Shown piece after piece: positions 1 through 10,214 of a stretch of 20,000 nucleotides of DNA. The notes below the pieces were generated by a model. The model did not search any database. It saw nothing but the letters and a program-made list of their open reading frames with translations, and had not been told where the DNA came from. Source of the stretch: Chiloscyllium plagiosum (lineage: Eukaryota); NCBI RefSeq assembly GCF_004010195.1, contig NC_057718.1, positions 83,823,209 to 83,843,208 of the forward strand, read 5' to 3'. Position 1 is the first letter of the stretch, and each line of letters opens with the position of its first letter. The translations under genes were made by a program, and so were the position numbers.

Positions 1-265
1 ATGTTTGAGCAGTGTCCAAGGTTAGCTCATCCTGATTTCCTGCATCCGTTGCTACCGATATGGTCTCCTCTACATTGGAGAGACCAAGCGCAGACTCTGG
101 AACCAATTCAGGGAACACTTACAGTCCATATGCTGTAAATCAACCCCACCTTCCAGTTATCATCCATTTCAACTCTGGCAATGACATGTCTATCCTGGGT
201 TGCCTCCACTATCAATACAAGGCAACTTGTAAACTGGAGAACGAACACCTCATCTTCGGTCTCAG
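1..265 (+). mobile_element. Penelope-like element, decayed GIY-YIG endonuclease C-terminal fragment
   Basis: Frameshifted translation gives CYRYGLLYIGETKRRL...FREHL and HLPVIIHFNS...MSILGCLH...KLENEHLIFGL, colinear with the GIY-YIG ORF at 14606-15364. Confidence 0.85.
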
Positions 266-279
266 ATGGCCTCATCCAA

Positions 280-1030
280 AAATTCATCAGGGCCTCATCC
301 AGCAGATTGTTGAGGCATCTAAGGAAGAAGCTGTGAGCTCTCGGGCCAACCTGGAGGGGAATGGAGGGAGAGGGGTATTGGATCTCCATGGTGAATAGGG
401 GGAGGGAACTGGAAATTATCAATAGGATGGAGGACACAGGAATCATGGATGTAGGTGGGCCGGGTCTGGACAAGTGGAGAGGAGTCATGTTGGGAGGGAA
501 TGAGCTCAGTGGGGCTGGAAGATGCTGATATGATGGGTCTATTGAGACAGTCTGATTTATGAATTTTGGAAAAGAGGTAGAAACAGGCTGTCTAGGGTGT
601 TGGGAGACGACTGGATTGGAGGTGGAGGTATTTCTGGAAGTACTGCGGTCGATGACTATCCTGGCAACAGGAGCTTGATGTTCACATCTGGGATCATGGT
701 CCAGGTGGCAATGGAAAGAAGTGTCTGAAAATTGGTGATGAGTCTTTGAAAGGGACTGATCACTGCGCCTGACTACAGTAACACTACATTTGTCAGCCAG
801 CTTGAAAACAAAGTTAGGGTTGGACCTATGTCAGTGAAGTACAGCTATTTCAGAAGCGGCCAGGTGAGTATCGGAGAGAGGGGCAAAGAAGTTTGAGATG
901 GCTGATGTCATGTCAGCAGTTTTCAATGAAGAGATTGAGGGCAGGCTACAGGCCAGATGGAGAGGTCCAAGTGGAGGGTGAACCATGAATGTGGGTGAAG
1001 GGATCAGTGGAACGTGGAGAATTTTTTCTC
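280..1030 (-). mobile_element. Penelope-like element, decayed N-terminal RT fragment, inverted relative to flanking pieces
   Basis: Minus-strand translation contains SPSTWTSPSGL*PALNLFIENC*HDISHL and RSNPNFVFKLADKCSVTVV, resembling the PLE N-terminal region with the IKPADKGG motif; many stops and frameshifts. Confidence 0.75.
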
Positions 1031-1034
1031 GACC

Positions 1035-1218
1035 AATACCCTACACCCACCATCACTATTCCTGCCAACTAGAGCACAAATGTTGTACCTCCACACTTCA
1101 GTTCTGAAGAAGTCATTTAAATGTTAGCTTGCTATCTCTCCATGATGCTGCCTGACCCTTTGTGATCTCCAGCATTTGTTTTCAGAACAGATTCCAGTGT
1201 CTTCAGTAATTTGTTCCT
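1035..1218 (+). mobile_element. Decayed Penelope pLTR with hammerhead remnant
   Basis: CTGAAGA at 1104-1110, then GATGCTGCCTGACC...CTCCAGCATTT...GATTCCAG...GTAATTTG, colinear with the pLTR at 14349-14484; stem II and GAAAC are eroded. Confidence 0.7.
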
Positions 1219-1226
1219 ATCACTTA

Positions 1227-1428
1227 AGGATGCAGGATAGGCCATTAAGAACGAAGTTGAGAAATTTCTTCACCTTAAGAAGTTAGGTCCAATGTAGGTT
1301 TTCAGGCTAAAGGGTACACAAAGCAGAAACTGTGTACAATCACTATTGGATAATCACCCATGAATATGCGGAATGGCAGAGCAAGCTTGGAGGGTTGAAT
1401 AGCCTGCTCCTATTATCTATGCTTCTAA
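1227..1428 (+). mobile_element. Old CR1 LINE 3' end fragment
   Basis: GAATGGCAGAGCAAGCTTGGAGGGTTGAATAGCCTGCTCCT followed by a short simple tail is a typical CR1 3' terminus. Confidence 0.65.
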
Positions 1429-2178
1429 CTGAATTAGATGTTTCGTGTTCACTGCTAATGTGTCAATAATATTTTGCATAAATATAAAAGGTACCAGTTT
1501 TCTCCAAAGGAAAAATACCTCAAATTAAGCAACAACAGAGCATTGGCATTCAGCATTTTTTTTTCTCCTGTAGCCTGTGAAGAAGAAAGCACTAAATGAC
1601 TGGGTTTGGTGAAGCTAACAATTAATGGTACCATTTAGTTGTATTCCAGATTTTGAGTACTAGCCTTTTTATGAATGATGAATTATAAGTTCATCTGCAC
1701 AATTATTAAACAAGATGGCGGGCAGGTTGTTGGAGGGAATCCTGAGGGACAAGATTCACATGTATTTGGAAAGGCAAGGACTGATTACGGATGGTCAGCA
1801 TGGCTTCGCATGTGGGAAATCATGTCTCATAAACTTGATTGAGTTTTCTGAAGAGGTAACGAAGAGGATTGATGAGGGCAGAGCGGTGGACGTGATCTAA
1901 TGGACTTCAGTAAGGCATTTGACAAGGTTCCTCATGGTAGACTGGTTATCAAGGTTAGATCTCATGGAATACAGGGAAAACTAGCTATTTGGATACAGAA
2001 CTGTCTCAAAGGTAGAAGACAGAGGGTGGTGGTGGAGGGTGCTTTTCAGATTGGAGGCCTGTGACCAGTTGTGATGGATCCACTGCTTTTTGTCATTTAT
2101 GTAAATGATTTGGATGTGAACATAGGAAATATAGTTAGTAAGTTTGTCGATGACACCAAAAATTGGAGGTGTAATCGA

Positions 2179-2395
2179 CCAGAGAAAGTGAGGGCTGCAG
2201 ATGCTGGAGATCAGAGCTGAAAATGTGTTGCTGGAAAAGCGCAGCAGGTCAGGCAGCATCCAAGGAACAGGAGAATCGACGTTTCGGGCATAAGCCCGAA
2301 GAAGCCTGAAGAAGGGCTTATGCCCGAAACGTCGATTCTCCTGTTCCTTGGATGCTGCCTGACCTGCTGCGCTTTTCCAACAACACATTTTCAGC
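2179..2395. mobile_element. ORF-less fold-back Penelope pLTR insertion with 12-bp TSD
   Basis: AGGTGTAATCGA at 2167-2178 and 2396-2407; inverted arms 2216-2297 and 2314-2395 (82 bp, 1 mismatch), 16-nt loop, 37-nt unpaired tail 2179-2215. Confidence 0.9.
2300..2339 (+). ncRNA. Minimal hammerhead ribozyme motif (PLE type)
   Basis: CTGAAGA 2306-2312, A, stem II GGGC-TTAT-GCCC 2314-2325, GAAAC 2326-2330, GTC 2331-2333; helix I is imperfect (AGAAGC / GATTCT). Activity not shown. Confidence 0.7.
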
Positions 2396-2461
2396 AGGTG
2401 TAATCGAGAGCCAAGAATGTTATCTCTGATCAAGATCCCGTTGTAATCGATGGGTGAATGG

Positions 2462-2988
2462 TTCTGGATTAGTGGTGCTAGAAGAGCACAGCAGTTCAGG
2501 AAGCATCCAAGGAGCTTCAAAATCGACGTTTCGGGCAAAAGCCCTTCAGGAATAAAGGCAGTGAGCCTGAAGCGTGGAGAGATAAGCTAGAGGAGGGTGG
2601 GGTTGGGGAGAAACTAGCATAGAGTACAGTGGGTGAGTGGGGGAGGGGATGAAGGTGATAGGTCAGGTCAGGGAGGAGAGGGTGGAGTGGATAGGTGGAA
2701 AATAGTCTCCTTTTCCACCTATCCACTCCACCCTCTCCTCCCTGACCTATCACCTTCATCCCCTCCCCCACTCACCCATTGGACTCTATGCTACTTTCTT
2801 CCCACCCCCACCCTCCTCTAGTTTATCTCTCCACGCTTCAGGCTCACTGCCTTTATTCCTGATGAAGGGCTTTTGCCCGAAACGTCGATTTCGAAGCTCC
2901 TTGGATGCTGCCTGAACTGCTGTGCTCTTCCAGCACCACTAATCCAGAATCTGGTTTCCAGCATCTACAGTCATTGTTTTTACCTCAA
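2462..2988. mobile_element. ORF-less fold-back Penelope pLTR insertion with 10-bp TSD
   Basis: GGGTGAATGG at 2452-2461 and 2989-2998; inverted arms about 2462-2702 and 2711-2949, 8-nt loop, 39-nt unpaired tail 2950-2988. Confidence 0.9.
2855..2890 (+). ncRNA. Minimal hammerhead ribozyme motif (PLE type)
   Basis: CTGATGA 2859-2865, A, GGGC-TTTT-GCCC 2867-2878, GAAAC 2879-2883, GTC 2884-2886; stem III is reduced to the palindrome ACGT. Confidence 0.75.
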
Positions 2989-3646
2989 GGGTGAATGGGC
3001 TGAGGCATGGTAGATGGAGTTTAATTTAGATTAATGCGAGGTGCTGCATTTTGGAATAACAAATCAGAGCAGGACTTAATGGTAAGGTCCAATGGAGTAT
3101 TGCTGAACAAAGAGACCTTGGAGTGCAGGTTCATATTTCCTTGAAAGTGGAGTCGCAGGTAGATCGGATAGTAAAAAAGGCATTTGGTATGCTTTCCTTT
3201 ATTGATCAGCGCGTTGAATACAGGAGTTGGGAGCTGTACAGGACATTGGTTTGGTCACCTTTGGAATATTGCGTGCAATTCTGGTTTCCTCCCTATTTGA
3301 AAAGATGTTGTGATACTTAAAAGGGTTCTGTAAAGATTTAGAATATGGCCAGGGTTGGAGGTTTTGAGTTATAGGGAGGGGCTGAGTAGGTTGGGGGTGT
3401 TTTCCTCGGAGTGGAGGCTGAAGGGTGACCTTAAAGAGGTTTACAAAATTTATGAGGGGCATGGATAGAATAAATAGACAAAGACTTTTCCCTGGGATCT
3501 GGGAGTCCAGAACTAGAGGGCGTAGGTTTAAGGTGAGACAGGAAAGATATAAAAAGGACCTAAAGGGTGACTTTTTCACACTGTGGGTGGTGCATGAATG
3601 GAATGAGCTGCCAGAGGATGTCGTGGAGGCTGGTACACTTACAACA

Positions 3647-3964
3647 CGGCACGGTGGCTCAGTAGTTCACACTGCTGCCTCACAGCACCAGGGTCCCGGG
3701 TTCAATTCCAGCATCGGGCGACTGTCTGTGTGGAGTTTGCACATTTTCTCCGTGTCTGTGTGGGTTTCCTCTGGGTGCTCTGGTTTCCTCCCTCAGTCCA
3801 AAGATGTGCAGATCAGGTGAATTGGCCATTCTAAATTGCCTGTAAAATTATGTGCATTAGTTAGAGGAATAGGTCTGGGTGGGTTACTCTTCAGAGGGTT
3901 AGTGTGGACTGGCTGGGGCGAAGGGTCTGTTTCCATACTGTAGGGAACCTAATCTCATCTAATC
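3647..3964 (+). mobile_element. tRNA-derived V-SINE (HE1-like) with 7-bp TSD
   Basis: A box TGGCTCAGTAG 3655-3665, B box GGTTCAATTCC 3699-3709, V-domain-like TGTGTGGAGTTTGCAC...GGTTTCCTCC...CAGTCCAAAGATGTGC, CR1-like tail GAAGGGTCTGTTTCCATACTGTA; TSD TACAACA at 3640-3646 and 3965-3971. Confidence 0.9.
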
Positions 3965-4659
3965 TACAACATTTAAAAGGCATCTGGATGGGTATATGAA
4001 CAGGAAGTGTTTCGAGGGAGATGGGCCAAATGTTTGCAAGTGGGACTATATTAGGTTTGGGTATTGGTCGGCATGGATGAGTTGGACTGAAGGGTCTGTT
4101 TTCATGCTGTACGTCTCTATGACTCTTAGAACTTTAATTAATCTAGTGGGTACACTAACTGTCATTTCGGTGCCATTAATGCTGAGCAATATACCAATAC
4201 GTGCAAAGCTGTTCAGGTGAATTAACTCTTAAAAGGTGGGAAAATTGTTGCTCCTGTGATGTACCTTGGAAAATGTTAAGGAAATAATTCTTTTTTAAGT
4301 CAAAAACAATCACATAACACTGAGGTATCGTTCAACAAGTTTATTAAAACCTCATCTAAAAAAGAAAAACTCATGCTCCTGAAAATATTCCATTATGTCA
4401 GTAACACAACAAGAAAAGACAACTTCCATTTTGTCATGATCTAGACTTGCAGAACGAAAACAGCGAGTTCCTTCATGCAATGATAAAATTAATCATTGCT
4501 GTTCCTCAATTCACTGGAGGTCCAGTTTCAAATTTTACCTGTAGTTTACAAACTGATGCCACTTATGTTTAAATGGCTTTTGGGGTTAAGCATTCAGTCA
4601 GGACATACTGACAAGGCTTGTATTCTCTCAAATGTAAATTATTAAGAAGAGATCCAAGT

Positions 4660-4955
4660 GTTTAATAACACAGAAGCAGGTTTATCAGATAGGTGGAAAT
4701 TAATTTCTGTGGTCAGAGAGATCAGAGCAAAACAGGTATTTTTTAAAATTAGATGTAAGCTGTTCTGAGCTGGTATCAGAAAGCACTCCTCATACAAAGT
4801 ATTGGACATCTGAAAGTACTTCCTCCAAAATGGTGTTGAGCCTTGATCAACTGAAGATTCACAAACTGAGGTTTGGTAGCATCCTTGCCTAACAAAATCA
4901 AAGGGCTGCAAAAACAAAAGGTGGTTTGACAGAATTAAAATGCTGATCAGCAAAG
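4660..4955 (+). mobile_element. Highly decayed CR1 3' region
   Basis: Weak colinearity with the CR1 ORF2 end and 3' UTR seen elsewhere in the window (e.g. CAGAAAGCACTCCTCATACAAAGTATTGGACATCTGAAAGTACTTCCTCCAAAA). Confidence 0.45.
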
Positions 4956-5188
4956 ATACAGATCCAAGGCTGCAAAAATTTACATGTATCCCTATATTTA
5001 ACAAGCGAACTGCCAACATCTCAACGCAAATCTTGACTCCAGCTGGAAAGATGGCTCGGTGAGCACATGATTAAGCCTGGTTGTTGTGACCAACATAGAC
5101 AAGCAGGTTTCTGATAATCTCAACAGAAGCTTGTGGAGAAGTACTGAATGACTGAAAACACTGCAAAAGGAGGAATGATTCTAGACTT

Positions 5189-5210
5189 GGGTGGGTGGGG
5201 GGGGGGGGGG
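5189..5210 (+). repeat. G-rich simple repeat
   Basis: GGGTGGGT followed by a run of 14 G. Confidence 0.9.
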
Positions 5211-7379
5211 AAACCTGAATATAATAAATAAAGCAATTCTTCCACAGATCCTATTTAACCTGACAAAAGAAGATAGATGACCGTTGTGCCCTGGGCTCCC
5301 TCCAACAGTTTTTTTTCATAGCAAATCTTGAGTAAAATGTTGATAGCATGCAGTGAACAGCATGTTTGGAGCATTATCACTGTTTGACTGGCCTGTTTCT
5401 GTGTTATTACACAACTATTTAAATAAAACTGAGTTCAGCCTCATGTGACCAGCTTCCAGCTTCCATGAAGTCAAATGCCAACAACAGATCTTACTTGTAG
5501 GCCAACCTTCCTGCTTGCTGATTTTCGAAAATTAGCAGTGATCTTTTTCCTCAATCAAAGCTCCCCAAATCTTGTGATCTGCTATGCCAGAAAATAACAT
5601 TTTAGAAATGAGTAATTTGATCTGTTGAATGTGCCCATCAAATCCAAAAATCACCCTTTTCTAATAACTAAAAGGTAAAAGTAAAATACCAATCAATAAA
5701 CAATCTTGATACAGAATACAAGTGTAAAAAAGGCACAAATGAGGACAAAACACCACACTTCCTGACTCTCTTGAGACACATTCATATGCTTCAGCTTTCC
5801 ATCTTGTTCCATCCAGACTTTGCATTTTCTTTTAAAAATGTTCAGCATTGCCCCTGTAAATTCAAAACCTGAGGAAGTTACATGATTTTAAATGCTAAAA
5901 TATACATTGTTTACGAAAAAGATTTGGCACTTCAGCTTCAAAACTACACCAAGTGAGTATACATGGTTTAGCAGCTGCAGTTTGTGACCATACACAAATG
6001 CAAAACAAAGTGACATCACAGGGAGGTGATGGGTTGATTGGATCATGATATTGAGAATACATTCTTGGAAGAAGGGGTTGATTGAGAAACAAGAAAAAGT
6101 ACAAGACCAGTAAATAAGCAAGAAAAGAATGGTAAAGGGAAATTAAGTTTCACACTAATGAAGATTAAGCATGGTGACACAGGTCACTCAATTGGAATGC
6201 TTTGTCTGGACTGTGTGGGAAGTCATGGACCCTACCAGGTTTTAAATGATTACATGCACAGTGTTTCCAGCTTCAGAAACCTAGATTTCATTTTAGAATT
6301 ATTTTATTCTTCTAGTAGTTCTGAACAGCAAGATGCTATAGTAGCTAGATATTGGATGCTTGTTTTGTGGAATAAAAACTCCGAGTCACTGATAGGTGCA
6401 ACTGACCAATCAGAAAGCTGATACTGAGTTGAGCTCTCCTGAAACCACAACACATGGTATCATTTTGTCTGGACTCTGTCTTTTTTTAAAAAAAGACCTG
6501 TTATTTGCATCATGTTTCATTTTATAATAAAGGTTTAAAAACAGCAAAGCTATGTCCATTTTTCTCATTTTCAATTCATAGTGTAAAGTGAAAAGATGTA
6601 GACTTTGCAACACTTCAGAAAGTGACATGCACAGTACGTGTTTCAACTCAACAGAATAGGTAACAGCCTTTTTCGATTCATTTCACTACAAAGCCCTGTC
6701 TAGACTTGCCTGGTCTAAAATCAAAGCCTGGGCGTTAACAGTCAATCATGAACTGGTTTCTGCTTGATGACAGCACCTTGTACAAGGGTGAGTTTACCAA
6801 TCAAATTAACAAAATTTGCTTTTCAAACTGGCTTTCCATCTTCTCTCTGTTCTTGACCATTGTTCTGATAAGCACAAGGCAAACCGCTTCAAAGAAACCA
6901 ATAAATTTCAAAACCCCAAAAGTTTGACTCCCAAATTTAAATTCTGCTCCAGTCATTTGAATAACGCTTAACAAATTCTTCGGTTCCACCAATAAGAAAT
7001 CGCATTCATCATGAAGATGGCAGAAATATTACCTTTATGCTATCGTGCATGAGAAATCAGCTGTTATTTGTACCAGACCAATCTTCAACAAAACAGGTAA
7101 CTGAATACCAATACCAGAAGCATCATCAAGCAGGAAGAATGTTGAATTTTCAGTCTTCTGGATAATATAATTTTCCCGTGCTCTCAAGAACACTGCTTGG
7201 AAGTATAACCTGCAGAATTACAGCCTTAACATCAAGCAGTCTACACTCCCAGAACATATTGCTGAAAAAGAGCAAAAAATATTTTTCTGCTTACTTTCAC
7301 AGCCACATGAAAATTCATTCTATTTTGTCTAATTCCATTTCAAAACTGTGAGCTGTTACGCATATTTTATCCTCCTGTC

Positions 7380-8187
7380 TCAATTGCAATTTATAAGTTT
7401 GCCGATGACACCACCACAGTCGGTCGAATCTCAGATGGCGACGAAACAGACTACAGATGGGAGGTGGAAGACCTGAAAAAAATGATGCAGTGAGAACAAC
7501 CTAGCGCTCAATGTCGGCAAAACCAAGGAACTCATTATTGACTTTTGGCAGGACATCACTCATGCTCTCTACACATTTAACCGCACAGAGGTGGAACGAG
7601 TGGAGATTGTCAAGCTCCTGGGAGTGGTCATCAACAACAAGCTTTCTTGGACTCCTCATGTGGATGCAGTGGTTAGAAAGGCCCAACAATGTCGCTTCTC
7701 CTCAGGCAGCTGAGAAAGTTTGGCATGATAGTGAATACCCTAGGCACCTTTTTATAGGTGTGTCATCGAGAGCATTCTGTCTGGATATATCACTACCTGA
7801 TATGGTAACTATCATTCAAGATCTGAGACTGTTACAGAGAGTGGTGAACTCGACCTGGACAATCACCAAGGCCAACCTCCAGTCTATAGAATCCATCTAC
7901 CAGGCCCGCTGTCGAGGAAAGGCTGCCAGCATTCTCAAAGATCCATCTCACCCTGGCAATGTTTTTCTACAGCCTCTACCATCAGGGATAAGGTACAGAA
8001 GCCTGAACACCAGCACCAACCGATTTTGCAATGGTTTCTACCCTATGTTGTTAGAATACTGAATGGACTCTCAAACTCTTAATATTTGCCTGGACCTGTT
8101 TTTGTTTTTGCCACTGTTTACCTATTATTTACTTAATTATGTGATCTGCCTGTATTGCCTGCAAGACAAAGCTTTTCACTGTGCCTC
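7380..8187 (+). mobile_element. Rex1/Babar-type LINE, 5'-truncated RT plus 3' end
   Basis: IYKFADDTTTVGRISDGDETDYRWEVE, NNLALNVGKTKELIIDF, LQRVVNS, KAASILKDPSHPGNVFLQPLPSGIRYRSLNTSTNRF; 3' UTR AAGCTTTTCACTGTGCCTC. Confidence 0.85.
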
Positions 8188-8546
8188 TTCAGTAGAAATC
8201 CACTATGGTAGGAAGCTCTTGCTGTTATTCCTCTGAATAAACTTTAAATAATAAACATTGAGGATAAATTGTGCTTGCCACAAAAACATGACAATAAGAA
8301 GGACTTTTGCTTCTAGTTCTGTACCAACACTGTTCCATGGCTTACTTTCGTTGTCTACTCTGTGAAAGCTACTTTCATTTTGCATCTGCCAGACTCTTAT
8401 GGAGTCATCCACTTGCATTGTTCGAAAGTTCTTTCTCCAGTTTACAATTATTTTCTAAAGCAAGTCACCTGCAGATTCTCTCAATATGTGTACTGCACTT
8501 AACTATTTTCCACGGCATCTAATTTGGTGAGAAGTTTGTCAGCTAT

Positions 8547-9298
8547 TGTTAGAACATAGCAGTGAATCCTCAAGTTAATTAAACCAAACACCCAGAAGAG
8601 CTCACCTCTCCTCGTAATCTGTTGAAATATGACTGACTGAACTCCCAAATTCCACTATTTAAAGAAAATAGTATCCATTTATTCTTTAATTCTAAAAGTG
8701 AACATTAAACAGCAACTCTAAGCCCACCTTTCTCTTAACTGCTTATTACCTGCCTCCAAATCTGTAACAATATGCTGTTCCAATAAAGCACTTATTAAAT
8801 CACATCAACTTAATTTCAAAACCACACAGCCACTGTCATCTCCAGTGTCTGTCTTCCGGATGAAGACCTCCCTGGGTTGTCTTTTTTTTTAACTGTGATT
8901 ATGTTTCATATGAAAAAGATACCTTGGATGGAGAGTGTTTCCTAATTTCTTGGATCTGTGTTGTTGGCAGTTGCTCTGCCTGATTTTCAAATTGTCTGCC
9001 TTTTTTATATCCCCAACATCGATCGTCTCATTGGTTTGATCTTGGCAAAACAATAAATTTAAACTCGATTGGGTTTTAGTATCCTGGAGGATAATGTAAA
9101 CTGATTAGTTCAATTTCAATTGTTGTCACAACAGTAACCAACTCAGGTATCCATTTCAGCCAAGTGTTAGGTATTTTCAATTTTCCAGTACACTCTGGGA
9201 CTGCCATATCATCATTTACACAGGTGCTTGTAAGCTCTCAGTGCAGAACAGCATTCATTCTCTCTTAAAGACACAGTCCATGCCTTCAATTTCATGCA
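8547..9298 (-). mobile_element. Probable solo LTR (old)
   Basis: About 750 bp non-coding block bounded by TGTTA...TGCA, with a minus-strand AATAAA at 8678-8683 about 130 bp from the putative 3' end; it resembles shark LTR-type repeats from memory. No TSD found. Confidence 0.4.
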
Positions 9299-10214
9299 TT
9301 TTAAATATTAGTTTTTCAAATGTTATGTGTAGCTTTTTCTCCATGTGCCACATTGTTGTCATTTTTATTCATTAAATCCTTCTGGAATATTTGCCAGCTC
9401 AGTACGCATGTTATACAATTGGCCTATGAACTTGATAGTTCTGTGCTGAATGTCATTGTCTTAATTTTGCCACCAACTAGTCCTGTTCCTCGGGACCATC
9501 ATCAATAAATGTCAGCTGGTAAGAGTCTGAGGTTTTTTTAAAAATTCCAAGTGATTGTAAGTGAATCTTATTACGCTGCTATTTTTGATTGGTACTGTAA
9601 TTACTCAATCAAAATCTATTAGCTCATATCAAATCAGGCTCAAATGGTCAGTATTCCATGAATTTTCTGAGTCCATGTCTTGTATAAAAGCCTATCATTC
9701 TGCATACAAGGCACTCAAATGTGCAGGAGGGAAAGAAAAAGTAATTGCAGTGTTGCAGGAGGACGATCGCACTGGATGCAAAACAAGTTTGGATTCCAGC
9801 CATAGGCTAACTAGAAAGGATATCTCTCCAACGGGAAAAGGTTCCTGGCATGCACTACCTATGCCAGGTGTTTGCTAATTCGGTCTGGTTATTCAGGTTA
9901 TAATCAACACACCATTTAAAAATCTATCTCCACATGGTTACTTTCATAAAAAGTGCTACCAAAAAGGATGTTCATGAGTACGAGATTCAGGTTCTAACTA
10001 CCACTGATTTTTGTCATAAGCAAAATTTATCTCCATTATCTGTCAATTCCCATAGAACTCGTACCCATAGAACACTCCTTGTCCATTTCTCCGCAATTTT
10101 GTTGATGAAATTCTCTTCTGTTCACATGATGTATCCGTGTTGAAATACTAAATCTGTTTACCAAGTCAATAAAATATTCAAATTTTATTTGAATAAAATA
10201 AAAGTGGGGGGCAG

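Larger units (their letters stand above)
1715..4126 (+). mobile_element. 5'-truncated CR1 (HER1-like) LINE, RT to 3' end, interrupted by three younger insertions
   Basis: QHGFACGKSCLINLIEF, IDEGRAVDVI*MDFSKAFDKV, KFVDDTK, LEYCVQFW, WNELPEDVVEAG; 3' end GAAGGGTCTGTTTTCATGCTGTA...CTCTATGACTCT. Sequence resumes exactly across the insertions at 2179-2395, 2462-2988 and 3647-3964. Confidence 0.92.

Noticed and set aside
1981..2821. ORFs of 185, 84 and 62 aa, including mirrored peptides
   Set aside because: Artefacts of reading through palindromic pLTRs and antisense CR1; low complexity.
3647..3720. tRNA gene (also 17580-17646)
   Set aside because: A and B boxes are present but there is no cloverleaf; these are SINE heads.
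4300..4350. Possible end fragment of another Penelope pLTR family
   Set aside because: Too short and diverged to support without an alignment.
4975..5160. Minus-strand terminal exon after ccttttgcAG
   Set aside because: Peptides are unrecognisable and nothing links it to other exons.
9844..9868. Hairpin CCTGGCAT-N9-ATGCCAGG
   Set aside because: An isolated 8-bp stem is expected by chance in 20 kb.
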